DNA of 61,120 nt, counting the filler, from Dugesia japonica (taxonomy: Eukaryota), in assembly GCA_001938525.1 (NCBI GenBank). It is 5 parts of 5 records of this genome, joined end to end, with 100 filler letters (N's around TTAATTAATTAA, not from the genome) between each part and the next. Parts side by side here need not be neighbours in the genome. Positions count along the whole stretch, not along the records: positions 1 to 15,740 come from MQRL01601486.1; 4 more parts are not named here. One strand, 5' to 3'. The notes below the pieces were generated by a model, which saw only the letters and a program-made list of their open reading frames with translations, was not told the origin of the DNA and made no database searches. Both the position numbers and the translations under genes were made by a program. Below, piece by piece: positions 1 to 13,980 of this stretch (the stretch's first letter is position 1; every line of letters begins with the position of its first letter).

Positions 1-850
1 AAGGAATTTCTCTTTAAAGTTCATGTTGTTTCATCATCGTAGCTCCAGTCAAAACATATTCATGAAAATCAGAATCTAACATGTCAATAGGTCAAATTAT
101 GAGGAATAACATGTGGTATTTTAGTCTAATTTCTTTGTTAAACTTTGCAGATATAGAGATTTCATAGAAAGTCTGCAGAAAATCGACGCAAAATATAATT
201 CCAGATGTACAATTAAATGTAGCAAACATTTTTCTTAATGTCTTATCTTTGGCCCACCAACGTGTTTCTTCAATAGTAGAAATAAAGTTAAATTTACTAA
301 ATTNNNNNNNNNNNNNNNNNNNNNNNNNNNNNNNNNNNNNNNNNNNNNNNTCATGTATTTAAGATACCAAATAGTGAGATGGCTTCTTTTGTTTTTTGTG
401 TGATATCCGTAATAACTAAATTTAATAAATGTGTGCATAACACCAAGTATGAACTTGGTTTGGTGGAACTTGATTTAACGATGCATTAAAACCTTTATAT
501 TAAGTTATAGATATTTTCTCCAGTTGTTGAAGTACAATTAACAACGGCTATTAATCGTTCATAAAAACGATCCTCTTTAGTGTATCTTATAACAAACCTG
601 AACATTGATCTTCTAAGTGTTGATCTTGAATACTGCATATTTCGGCTTTATTTCATTTGAGAGAATTTCTTTCATTAGAAAATTAATAGCATTAATAACA
701 GAATTTGCTGTAGATTTAGATAATAGTGTTACGAGATTACCCATTATTACCTTTGTTGGTGCCAATTTTGTGATTTTTACTCTTTTTAACACATTCTTCT
801 ATGTGCATATTTTAAATCAGCAATGAGCAAAGAATCTGGACATTCCGATC
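1..850 (-). mobile_element. Degenerate hAT-superfamily transposase fragment
   Basis: Minus-strand translation across frameshifts gives 'GNLVTLLSKSTANSVINAI', 'FYERLIAVVNCTSTTGENIYNLI', 'HTWCYAHxLNLVITD' and 'TRWWAKDKTL'. These match the hAT CxAHxLNL and TRW motifs. Confidence 0.75.
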
Positions 851-1127
851 CAATACCTATACATATACGTATACATTTACCTATAAAAGAACCAGATCAA
901 AATTCTGTTGATCACTGAATACTGAAAGGTTAATACAGTTCGTTCGGATAATTAGATAAAGATAATTGCTGTGTTTATGTTTAAAGGTTCTAATCTAAAT
1001 CGTAATGATTTGAAATTTTAATGATTGAAATATTACCAAGGAGTGGAATATAAACGGAAATAAAATTACATTCCCCCNNNNNNNNNNNNNNNNNNNNNNN
1101 NNNNNNNNNNNNNNNNNNNNNNNNNNN

Positions 1128-1200
1128 CATATACCTATACATATACCTATACATATACCTATACATATACCTATACATATACCTATACATATACCTATAC
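1128..1200. repeat. 12-bp minisatellite (CATATACCTATA)n
   Basis: About six exact tandem units next to a gap; degenerate units also at ~853-885. Confidence 0.9.
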
Positions 1201-4200
1201 AAGAACGAGATCAAAATTCTGTTGATCACTGAATACTGAAAGGTTAATACAGTTCGTTCTGATAATTAGATAAAGAGAATTGCTGTGTTTATGTTTAAAG
1301 GTTCTAATCTAAATCGCAATGATTTGAAATTTTAATGATTGAAATATTACCAAGGAGTGGAATATAAACGGAAATAAAATTACATTCCCCCCCCATTTTT
1401 TTCAACTTCAAATATAGCTCACTTTTCTCCACCGCAATCACAAACCTTGATGCTCCAGAGTGGATGTTAAAATATCATCAAAAATAAATCAATAAATATA
1501 ATTAAAACAATTTTGAATATAAGTTCTCATAAGGAAGAGTGAGATGGCCGAAACCCTATTTAGATTTCGTGGGAAGACTCATTGATTCTTAGGCGTTAAA
1601 TGCACGTGGCCCTCGATTTACGTGAAATTGAACAACTCGACTCATTTACGCGGTCAGATATAAAGTATATTCAGTTTACTGTAATAATCAACATTTTCCT
1701 TTATAATTCAAAAATTGTTGCGGCAAGTATCTACTTACTTAGATATTTAGAGTAGTATGTAAATGTATTAACAGATATATCCCACAAATTAGTCGATGTA
1801 AGAAAGTCGTTCAGTATTCAGGAACAACTATTAAATAAAGTCATCATTAAGTTTAAATTAAATAATAATAATAGCTGAGTTAATATAATCTAATTTTTAT
1901 TTTAATAAACTCCATAAATATTTTTACAAACAAACATTGTTTGAATTTTATTGTTGAATAAAACCTTTTTTTTGGTATTTGATTTACGCGATTTTAGTTC
2001 GCGTAAATTAAATCCAATTAATACTTGAGCGTGTAGGCCGGCGGCCGTAACAAGTAAAAAAACGAATATGTACAAACCTTAAAAATAGTTAAATAGCACC
2101 TAATCAGATTATAAAATACGTTTTCTTAGCCTGATTACTCAGAAGGGTTCAAGGGTAAACGATTTAAAATAATATGTTTCCACTCTACCGTTGAAACTTG
2201 AATGAGCTGTGATACCATAACTGCCATGTAACCAGCGCTGCCACATAATACGAAAACACATACACACGCCATTTTCGGGGTCAATGGAGAATTTTTTGAG
2301 TGAGACTTATGTATTATGTGGTGCTGCGACGAACGACAGAACTTCTCATTTACGATTCAACGCTTCTACATACGTCATCTGCATGTTTATTTTGTTGCCT
2401 CGTTAATCAACCATTGAGTTAAATAGAAATAGAAAGAAGAAACAATTGTAAAAATTTCATTTCATTTCATTAAAAAAAATAAAAAACTTGACTATAATTG
2501 TGGGCCAGTAGCCCCACGGGGATATTAAGCCGGTAGGCCCACCGGGACATTCCCGGTGTTGATTTTATAAATTGCTGAATGTCAATACCGTATTATCTAA
2601 CAGATATAATTATTCTAAGTATAAATATAGTGATATTCGTGTACATTCCTTATATAAATAAATAATTAATACCTTTTCAATAAAATTAATTTTTGGGTAT
2701 ATAAAAATATACACGTGAACTTAAAAACCTTATAAGCTAATATTGGATCAAACTGGAGCTGTTTCCCAGAAAGGTCAGAGTTCAGATGACAAAAGTTAAC
2801 TGAGAAATCTACCGAACTAGATCAGTATTTACACTGATTTTGATCAGTAGATTTTAACACACAACAACACACAAGAATTATATTAACAATAAAATAAATA
2901 TCACCTGTATTTATTTTTTAGAAATTTCAATAAAAATTAATCCATTGGATATTAGAATGAATAATAATTTCATAAAATCAATAAGTCAAAAAAATTTTAC
3001 ATATAATTTTTTTAAAAGAGAATTTTATACTCAAATTTAATAAAAAATAAAGTCATTAACGCAAAATACAATAACATAAAATTGTAGTCTAATAGAATCA
3101 AATAACGTTTGATGACCAACGGGTTTGGATCTGTAGGATATTGGTTTTATTCTGCTTTGTATATCGAATATATATGTTTATTTATTTACATGCTATGTAT
3201 ATGTTTATTGCTTTGTGATCTGAACACTTCTGATGTCAAATCGATATCTAAAACATTGGGCATTTTATAAAATTTTGGACATTTTATTTATATATGTATT
3301 CAAGAGAATTCCGTTAACATTCAAGAAAGAGATTCACTATTATTGTTCTAAAAATCGTCGTTTTGTAATTCATTCTTATTCTTTTCTAATTTTCTTCATA
3401 TTATTTCTTTGATCATCGATTTTTGTGATTGACTCGATTTACCTTTTTCTTTAATCTATGGGTGTTATAGTCGAATATAGTGTTATTCAGAATAATCCAA
3501 TAATGAAAAATTCCGATAAAAGATCATTAAAAATTTTTTTTATCGAAATAATAAAAATATGTGAGTATGTTTCAGATATTTGATTTTATTTATATTGCGG
3601 TAAAACTACCGCAACGCAATGTATATTAATTTTTTTCAAAAATAAAATCGGAAAAAATTGTGTTTAAAATAAATCTTTACAAGGGCCTTAAACGCGAAAA
3701 TAAAAATAATACTCAAATTTTGATTAGTTATAATTATTTTCTATAAATTTCTATTTATAAAAGAAAATTGAAATTTATAATCAAACAGACTATTAATTAA
3801 TTTTTTTGGGTTTTTCGTTGAGATATAATTAAAATTAAATGTTTATGGCTCTTATCATCAGGAGTTTTCTGAATATGTAGTGTTTTGTGGTGTATGCTTA
3901 TATCCATATTTTTTTTATTTGATTTTATATGTTTATGCACATTGTATTATTTTGTATTATATTTTATGATTTATCAGATTCCAACATATACTACTAACAT
4001 AATATTTGAACACCAAGCTTTATAATTTTCGTTGGTGTGATATTTTAGGAGCACTCTTCAAGGTTTATCCTAGGTTTTTCTGGACAAGTATCACAAAAAT
4101 ATACAGTTTCACGTCTTTCGTTTTCTTTGTTCAGTCAGTCACACTAGACAATCTTCTTTTAACTCTGAATATTATCAATTGACCTAAACATCGCGAAATT

Positions 4201-6224
4201 AAACTCATCTTTGCTACTGCAAATTTCTTTCTTTGATTCGAATTTTCATAATTCATTATAAGCGGACTAAAGTTGAAATAATGCAGTATTATAAGTTCAC
4301 AATACACGTACAATCATTTTTAATAACTAAAAAATTATTTCAAAAAGGTATAATCCAGAAAATAAGTAATTCTTATCAATGTTTTATCTTTACATAGCAT
4401 CAAAAAATTTTGTTAGGATATTATTAGAAATGCTGTACTGTTAAGGCTGACGAATCTAAGCGTCTACCACCCGATATACACCGAACCAACTCGGTAAATG
4501 TATGAAAAACCAGCTCATTGCACACAGGGGACCACCCCCAAATATTTACTTGCCCCCCAAATAAAGGGAAATCTATATTTCCGACTCCCCCCTTAATCCT
4601 ATCAACACAAACAATGGAAGTATAATTGGAATTTGTTTCAGGATTTTTTTACAAATTACTTGAACGATTTTCTTCTATTTCATGTGGTTACTCCATCAAC
4701 TTTAACAGAATTACATCTTTTATCAACGATAAATTATAAATAAAGAAAATATATTTTAAAATATATATTACTTACCTATTAATTTTTTCCACATTTGGTT
4801 CCATTTAGTTATAAATTTATTTTTAAGAAGAATTTTGCGATAGAAATTATATTTCTTTTATATCGCTTTTATATACTACAACGTAGTATATTTCATCATT
4901 AATTTTGTTTCTATTTAGAAATTTTATAATACTACAACTTAGTATATTTATGACGAATTAAAATTAAAATTAAAAATACATTAGAAACAAAACACAAAGA
5001 AACTTATTTTGTTTTCTAATATAATTAGAAAATTTATTTATTTAAAATTAATTTATTTATTTATTTAATTTTAAATTTATTTATTTAATAAAATTAATTT
5101 ATTTAAAAACTTTATTTAATATATTTATATAAATAATCACCTTCATATCAAATGAAAAATTATAAAAATAAAAAAAAATTTTTAGTAAAGTTTCCAAAAA
5201 AAATATTTATTTTGTTGTTTTGCTATATATAAAGCATTTTACTATTTTAAAATTTAATTTATTTATATTACTTTACTTTATAATTGTAATGATATATTTA
5301 TAAAGCCAAAAAATGCATGCTTTACTATAAAATTGAATACCAAGGAACAAATAATTTTAAAAATTTTTAAAAGTGGTTTTTCGTATCATTTCACTATTAA
5401 ATTGTATAAAATTTCAAGGAAGTAGATAGTGACGCACTAAGCCACTTGAACCGTGGTGCTAAATAACACTGTTATAGTAAGAAACTTGGACGAGGAATTT
5501 TATGAAGGACATAGCTAGCTCATTTAAATTTCAATTTTAAAACAATATAAACAGTTTACAGCCGCAAATTTGAGGTTTTGGTGTAAAAACTTATATCATA
5601 ATATGAACAATTAACAAGTATCTATACATTAGCTTAAAGACTACTATATTTGCTTTATTTTTGTACAATATCAAAAATAAAAAGCAAAGAATTTTTTAGA
5701 AAAAATATTTAAAATATATTTGTTACAGTACTAAATNNNNNNNNNNNNNNNNNNNNNNNNNNNNNNNNNNNNNNNNNNNNNNNNNNNNNNNNNNNNNNNN
5801 NNNNNNNNNNNNNNNNNNNNNNNNNNNNNNNNNNNNNNNNNNNNNNNNNNNNNNNCCAAATAGAATTCATGATCAAAAAAGAATAATAGCTCTTCGATAT
5901 CAATGTATTTTGTTCTTAAAAAATAGCTCCACTAAGTGTCTTGTCCAAATAGTTGTTATTTTCTTTCCTATTTTGGAAACATTTCATTTACTATCTTTCT
6001 CTTTACTATCTTAAAAAAANAATTAAAAAAAACTTACAAAANTTTTTTTTTTAAAAAATTCATAAATTAAAAAAATTTTAAATTAATAATTCAAAACAAA
6101 AAAAATATTTAGTCTGCCCGGAGATTAATAATAATAAGTCTGCACGGATGATAATCGACATTGACCTATAAATAGTTGTCATGGAAATGACCTTGACTTA
6201 CTTTCATTAGACCTTAAAACATTC

Positions 6225-6345
6225 CATCAATCAGAACTGAATATACTACATCAATTTAACCTTGAAAATTCGAACTTGAATTATTTCAACTAATCAGAAT
6301 CGAGTATACTAAATCACCTTGACCTCGAAAATTCAAAATTCATTT
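6225..6345 (+). repeat. Tandem ~60-bp CCAATCAGAATCGAGTATACTAGATCA..ACCTTGAAAATTC units (dispersed family)
   Basis: Two units here; the same unit recurs three to four times at 9475-9621. Confidence 0.75.
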
Positions 6346-6520
6346 AAAATAAAAGCTTCGATCAAAATTTTTTTTTTTTGGTTTTCGAAAATAATTCTAT
6401 ATTTCGTCTATATTTCATTCAAGATTTAATTTTACAATAGTAATTTACTTTGAATTTATTTATTTTTATTAAATTTTATTTTGATTAATAATTATTTTGA
6501 TCGAAGCTTATTCTTTATTT

Positions 6521-7430
6521 TGTTGGGGCAAAACACCCCAAGGGATGAGAAGCTAAGTCAAAGGGGGCCAGGAATAAACCAATATTAAAATAGAGATTAC
6601 CGGAAGAAAAATCCAGACATTGATATTAAATGGAAACTCAGAAGACCAAATCAGTTACGATTAATTATAATAATTACAAAATTAATAAAATTATTAAAGA
6701 AAATGGACAACAAAAGAAGGAAGGAATATGAAAAAAATAATAATTAATTCAACAAAAAAAATTAATTAAAATTAAGACAAAATCTGTTTTATCCGAATAA
6801 CTTCGCACAAGGAAATCGGAAAGAACCCGGAGAAGAAAATATGGAAAGAGAACAACAAGATGTATTTAAATTGCTAAGAAGGAAAAACTTACCCTCATCC
6901 AGAAAGCTGCTGCAGGGTCCACAAGATTGAACCAATGGGAGGCCTAAAAATAAAAATAACACAAAGAACGAACCATCACATGGCCCTCTAAAAATACTTA
7001 CCAATCAGAGCTCTAAAACTCTGAAAATTCTGGAATTGTGGCGCTAGCGCCAATGAGATACCAGTATTTTGAAACATAAATACCCCCCAATAAGAATGAT
7101 GCCGAGTTGCATCGGAAAACCCTATAAAAGGAACTTTAGTTTTAGCAGAAAAAAAAACACAAAAATTAAAACTACCAACTAAGCACTGACTGTTGCATAT
7201 TCATAAGAAGAAAATTCTGAAAAAATCTCTGTGTAAACCGTACAACTCAATTGGAACTCCGAAGAATTATAGTAAATTAAATTTCTAATCGCATTGTGAG
7301 TAAAATTCTTTCGTTCAAGGAACCAAATATAATAAATCCCAAATGTCAGTCTCAGGTCCGGAATCGCCAACTCGCTATTAACTATTCAAAGGAAAGAAAC
7401 CCGTGGCAGAAAACCTTTAAATTGATTAAA
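6521..7430 (-). mobile_element. Solo-LTR-like repeat ending ...GCCCCAACA
   Basis: Plus-strand TGTTGGGG at 6521 is the reverse complement of the CCCCAACA terminus seen at 9102, 38862 and 52755. Contains minus-strand GTAAGT donors (7001, 6892) and an acceptor (6944). Far boundary uncertain. Confidence 0.4.
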
Positions 7431-8522
7431 AAAGTAGAATATTATTTTATGATAAATGTTAATCTATGAAAACTTGAATATAATCTATTTAATAAATTTA
7501 GATAGCGAATAAAAATTTATATCTTAACTATTATTTTATTTCTGAAAATAATTATCGCAGTTGATGACCAGTGAACATTTAGTATAAAATTGGTTTTTAT
7601 ATGATAATCTTATACCCGATTTAAAATTAAGGACATTTGTCCTTTTTACTTCCTCGTTGCATTAAATAAACTATCTACTGGAAAATAGTGTGATCCAGCC
7701 CAATTCCCTTTGAGTAATATATGACGATTCCTATTTAAAACGAAAGCTAGATCAGTTTGTTTTCCTTGGTTTGTGATCATCCAGTTAGAAAATATATCAA
7801 TCAAAACAATGATAAGAATTAAAAAGAAAGCCACTGTAACTCCAAATATTTATTTCCGTCCAAAATTGATAAATTACCTGTCATAATTCAGCTTGTAAGT
7901 AAATCCGGGAATGTCCGTGAAAAAAGAGACTCCTGTTGTTGTTGGTTAAAATCTACTAATAACAATTTGATATTCCTACCCAAGGTAGAATTAGTTATCA
8001 TAATTTCCCCAGACAATAAAACGATCAGGATAGAACCAGGAATTGTAGTTAGCAAGTAGGCGCAATAATTAGTGTCACTAATAGTTGTATCATCATATCG
8101 ATTTTATGCTTACATTTCCAACTAAACATGCCTACGACTAAATGATCTGGCACACGCATAATTTAATCGTCATAGTGAGATACATACAGGCCGGTTCCTA
8201 AGTAACCACAAGGCGCAGAAATTAAAACCCATAAAACCCGAGAGTATTTAATTTTATTATAAGTAAAACGATTATTATTTTGAATAATTTAAATATTATC
8301 CCTACTGGTGTTATTAAATTTTCCGATGTTATTTTTAGGAGTATCCATCTTGGGGTTACGGGAAAATAATCGGTAACGGGGATTAATAACAGCTTAAATA
8401 TCAGTAAAACCCGAAATAAATCGATCGTCCACTTCTATTGTTATCATTACCAGTTATTGTATGTAGCGACATTGTTGGAAAAATGACTTGTAATATCACA
8501 GCAATTACTATTAACATGATAG

Positions 8523-9102
8523 TGACTCGAATTGTGTTTCCTACTAGTTTGAGAAGATGCCACCGCATACTACGCCGTCTACTATTAGAGCGACACTTAA
8601 AACGCAAAGCGGAGCATGCTCTTCTTAAACCGTAAGCAAAATGATTTGGCGGTTCAAACCAAAGCCCTAGAAGCCGAGAACAGGAAATTACTGTTAAGAA
8701 AAATAGATTTTCTCAAACAATACATCTCTGACCTTTCCAGACAGATTGGGAATCCAGCCTGGATTCATTGAATCGATGACGACGATGTCGCCGCCTTCGA
8801 TTTTACAATAGACGACCCAGATCAATGGCTAGATCCTAGCGTATTAAACGATCTATAAATGTCATATTAATAAATGTTCTAAGAAGTATTTGGTTTAAAC
8901 TTTTGAGCAAGTTAAGGGAAAGCTATTGAACCCAAATCCAAAGGTTTGTGGGTGTGCACCTTCCATCAAGGGTGAGGTCAACCACCATAAACTGAATACT
9001 TACCCTAGGGGCGGTAGGTTAAATTCTTGAACGGGTACCCCTGAGGGCTGTTTTTTCCCAGCCACACTTTTATCACCGTCCAACTCAAGTGGAACCCCAA
9101 CA
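8523..9102 (+). mobile_element. Four-ORF element, copy 1 (partial: ORF-C plus 3' terminus)
   Basis: AG|TG ACT at 8521-8525 starts 'xTRIVFPTSLRRCHRILRRLLLERHLKRK...RKIDFLKQYISDLSRQIGNPAWIH*IDDDDVAAFDF..DPDQWLDP'. Stop at 8858, AATAAA at 8869, terminus GGAACCCCAACA at 9102. Homologous to copies 2-4. Confidence 0.85.
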
Positions 9103-9470
9103 ATTTTAATGAAACCATAAATTTTAATCAATTTCATTTCTTCATTTGAAGATAGTCTCTCAGCTCGAATTCTTTCACCTTTAATTATACCAATTTTCTG
9201 ACTGATGGCCGTATTACTACTGCAAGGTAATATATGCCCACTGTGAAACGGTTTCATATATAATTGGGTAGATAATATTTCACCAGGTTTTTTTTGGATT
9301 AAAGTGTGCAGAAAAGGAATCTGAAAGTTAATTGATTTCTCTAAAGTAAATTTAATGTTATCATTAATACTGTTGGCTAATTCTTAAATGTTCTCTAGAG
9401 GAGAATTAGTTACAAAGAAAATATCATCTATGTATCTGAACCATAGATGAATTTTCATGTTAGATTTAAG
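9103..9470 (-). mobile_element. Penelope-like element RT fragment
   Basis: 'WFRYIDDIFF', 'IPFLHTLI', 'LYMKPFHSGHILP', 'KIGIIKGERIRAERLSS'. Close paralog of 48100-48430. Confidence 0.85.
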
Positions 9471-9474
9471 AATT

Positions 9475-9621
9475 CAACCTTGAAAATTTACACCAATCAG
9501 AATCGAGTATACTAGATCACTGACCTTGAAAATTCTACCTTGAATTATTTCAGTTTATCAGAATAAAGTATACTAGATCATGGACCAATCAGAATCGAGT
9601 ATACTAGATTACTGACCTTGA
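9475..9621 (+). repeat. Tandem CCAATCAGAATCGAGTATACTAGATCACTGACCTTG array
   Basis: Three to four visible units, same family as 6225-6345. Confidence 0.8.
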
Positions 9622-12600
9622 TGGGGAGGTTCTGTCCAGTGCGATAAATGGATTATTGTATTATTGGATAAATATCCTTGTCAAAATAAACAAGTGTTTC
9701 TTTTGACGTTCAGAATAGTGAAGAAGTTTAAAATTGAATGGATTGTTTAAATAATTTCAAAGATTTTGGCAGTGATTAAATCTGATCTATTAGTTTGGTT
9801 AACAATATCACAAGTTTCCATAAATATTTATTTAATCACAAATTGTTTTGATATTTTTGTTGAAAATTAAAAAGATGAATATTCGCATTATTCAAACAAA
9901 TTAATTTCCATTAATTTTTTAATGAAGGAAATTTTTTAAATAATTTATGTCAGTGAAACTTAAAAATGTTTATAAGTTAATTTTACATAAAATTCACCTT
10001 AATATATCCATTTCAAAATTTTCAAAATTTAAATATAGAAATTTGAAATAATTTTACAGAAATTTTCTTTTAAATTTAAAATTTAGATCTTGCTACATTT
10101 GATTAAATTTTCACCTAAAAACATACTGAAAATTTTAAGTATAATTTTAATATGCTATAATAATTTTTATTCACTATAAAGTTTAAATATTTCACATGGC
10201 ACAAACTAATACTTAGTTGATCGATTTTTTTCAGAAGTCTTTCGTCACATATTAAGTTATACAGTATTAAAATATTTATATCTACAAAATTAATTAATTT
10301 ATCAGAAGAAACCATTCATTGTATCTATAGTAATCGTGATAACAATAGTGATGGTGGGAAAGAAAATGATGTTTCTTCAGTTAAAGATGTTCATATTTTT
10401 TTAGTATTTTTAGATACCAAAAAATATTTATTTACTTTAATAATACTCATTTTTCATTCCTAACATTGAATGTTAAATAGCTTTGGCGAAAGAGAAAGGT
10501 ATTTTCGAACATGTGCGAATTTGGAAATCCAGTTATAAAGAGGGGCGGTTAACCGCATCCTTACCCCGTGGATTCGTCATTTTTCTAATCTCTATTTATC
10601 AATTATGAAATTACCAAGTTTAAGATAAGTTTTATCGATTTTGAAGAATAACGTTTTGTTTGTATTTGTGTGTTGATAAAATATTATATAGTTGATACGA
10701 CTACTGCAAAAGTTTTATAGGTATAGTAATATATATGTAATCCCTTATATAAACTGTTGGGTATTCTAACTCAACAAAAGATTTTATGGTTCATTATTAA
10801 CAAATGTTTTATCAAATTTTGGATATTAATATTTTATGATGTGTGTACTACAATATTAAATAACTGTAATATTTAAAACAAAATATAAATAGTGTGATAT
10901 ATCTAGTTTCCTATATAAATAAATAAGCCACACCTTTTTAACAATAATAGTTTTGATGTATAATAAATATTTTTACAGTATCTCTATCGTCAGACTTAAC
11001 TCGCAATATTTTAATTAAATGAACTACTGCCACCATTAGAGGTTGGAGTGTTCAATAATTGAAGTCTGATTTACACTAAAAACGAATCAGTATTTATACT
11101 TATTTCACACCAGTGGGTTTCATACACCTACACCATAGTTTTCAAAAATAAATTCATATTGTTAATAAAATTTTTACACATTAAAACAACTCAATCACAA
11201 TTTTTTATAAAAATAATTGTTCAAATCAATAATATACAATTAAAATTTTTACAATTAAAATTAATCAAATAAAATAAACATAAAATAAACAATGTCATAA
11301 ATAAATCAAATGAAATATTGAAATCAATTATCAATAAAATAACCAATGTCATAAAAATTCAAATTAAATATTAAAATACAAAATCAAATAAAATATTGAA
11401 GTCAATTATGAATGTTGGATCTATTTGATATTGGTTGATTGGATCTGCTCGAGGACTTGAACTTTATGATCGAGGACTTGAACTTGATGATCTGATTAGG
11501 GATTAGATTGATGTTGTGATGTTATGTTTGTATGTTGTGCATGCTATGTTTTATGCTTGCGTGTTATGCATGCAGTGTACAACTGTACCTCAACAAAACA
11601 AATAAATAATACTTTTTTTAACAATCCTTTTATTAGTGTGTATATCAATAATACAGCACTTTTTAACTATAACCAAGTTTTAGTTTTTCATGCTGCTTCT
11701 GCTGAAATCTCAACAAATTTATATACTGACAAACTGATAAAAATGATAAGTATTTATACTAATTTTGCATGCAATTACTGAATGTATTTACACGAAACTT
11801 TCAAAAATATTACATCGTATTTATTAAAATTTTAAATTGTCCGTTATATTTTTTAAAAAAATTTTACATATAAATAATTCCATAAAGTTTTACTATATAA
11901 AAAAGTAAAAATTTTCAGATGTCTAATAAAATAAGCAGTTAATTTAATCATTTAATGTATATACACTCAATTCGGGTTTGATGCGATAAATATGTTCCTC
12001 AGANNNNNNNNNNNNNNNNNNNNNNNNNNNNNNNNNNNNNNNNNNNNNNNNNNNNNATAAGTTTCATAATTTTTGAAAACCGCATAAAACTAAATAAATA
12101 ACCAAAAAATCACATAAAAATGACGATGTTACCCTTCTTGGAGAGGATTATAGTGGGTACCTAAAGGTGTTTGAAGATAGGAGTGTTATAGATGTAAAAC
12201 AAATTGAAATTACGAGTCCCAAATTAGTTTTTATTTCACTTTTCTTAGAAATTAAATGATAATTACACCTATTCATTATCTTCACTTGTTGACAATGCCC
12301 GTGACCGTTTGTAAACTGGTACGAAATCATCTGCGTTGAAAATTTGATCGCGACAATAACCACTGTTAGATACGTACTCATTGAATCATTATTATCAAAC
12401 CTCGATTCCATAGAAAGTTTATTCACAAACAAAACTATAACCATCATTATTTATTTTTTCAAACAATTTAAAACTCTATGCTCTAATTGGATATTATTTT
12501 TAAATAAATTTAAAATTTTAGATTTCATTCGAAATAATTCGAAAATTTCAATTTTAATAACAAATTTAAAATTTTAGATCAAACTTCCATTTAAAATAAT

Positions 12601-12989
12601 TCGAAAATTCAAAAAAAATTATGTCATCAAAATCTCATTTAAAATTCTCGCAAAATTTGAAAACAAATAATTATTTGTTATTAACATATCCTTTAAAATT
12701 TTCACAAAATTGCAAAACAAAATGGTCATCTGCTATTAATATATCATTCAAAACTCTTGTGAAATTTTAAAATAAAATGGTCATTTCTAAAAATCCACAA
12801 TAAATTATGTATAAAAATATTTAAATTAATCTTTAAACTATTCCTTATTTTTATACAAAAAATTTAATTTATTTTAATTTCTTAATTAATTTGTGACTTT
12901 ATTTTTTTAAAAAAGATTAAAAAAAATTAATTTCTAACCAAAGCACAAAAATTTCAACTCGCTTTTCAAAACATACAACCACTATCCTC

Positions 12990-13260
12990 AATAATTTTTG
13001 CCAACTGTTCAGGATAATGCCTCGCTCGCCGGCAATCTTCAAGTTATGAAAAGCATTTCTTTTTAGAAAACCGTTAAACCATCCTGTACTTGCTGAAAAT
13101 GCTGTACCAGAATGAGCGGTAGAGGTAAATGGCTCTAATTGCTTCAAATGCTCGTAAAAGCGTAGAGCCTTATTTTTAATTAACGGACCAACGAAGGAAT
13201 TCTTATTTTTGTTAGATCGTCAATCCCAATTGTTAGTTGGGTTTTGAAAACTCATCGAAT
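12990..13260 (-). mobile_element. pogo/Tigger transposase fragment (CENP-B-type HTH)
   Basis: 'FSASTGWFNGFLKRNAFHNLKIAGE' matches the Tigger F.AS.GW...F..R......I.GE motif. Confidence 0.8.
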
Positions 13261-13980
13261 CATTAACATCAGAATTCAAATTCATTACAACGATTTATTA
13301 ATATAAAAAACTATAACAACACTAATGAAGTTTTTAAACAAATTAAATTCATATTTTAAATTGGTGATCGTTTCTTAATATTTTTTAAAATATATTTAAA
13401 GTCATTTGATTTTTTTAAAGATTTTTAAAATAAATTTTCAATTTATTTATTAAAAATTTAAATTTCAAAATTTAAAACAATTACTAATTTTCGTTCGTTT
13501 GTTATTCTTTATTCCATCGGATAAAATCAATTTAGAAATTCCTAGAAATCAATTTCATTTTAATTTAAAACATTCTAACAATAAATTTCCAAATAAAAAA
13601 ATTTAATTTTATTTAAATTTGTAAAAATTTAATTGTAAAGTTTTTTACCTTTTCCTAATAAAAACAAAACAACTCACATTAAAATTACACCAAGAAACAG
13701 TTTACCAAAAACTTCACTGATATCGACTTAAAATCTTAGTAGACACAATAATAATGAGCACAGTTTTGATAACTAGCTGTTAAAATTGGCAATCTCTGCG
13801 ATGGTTCTTTCTATTTATTTTAAATTTGGACTACCTTCTAATAATAAATTAAATATATTGCCATAGAATTATTTTCAAATTTTATGTAATCACTGATAAT
13901 TATAATAGTACCTGAAATCGTCTAATTCAAATTCATATTTAAAATTTAATGTATTAAATTTCGAATTTTTTTCTTTTATG

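Noticed and set aside
990-1229. ORF with (YRYM)n repeats
   Set aside because: Translation of a 12-bp minisatellite running through an N gap.
889-1392. Near-identical ~190-bp direct repeat (889-1077 vs 1204-1390); similar small duplication at ~34837-34873 vs 34925-34960
   Set aside because: Both flank N gaps, so they are most likely redundant contig ends.
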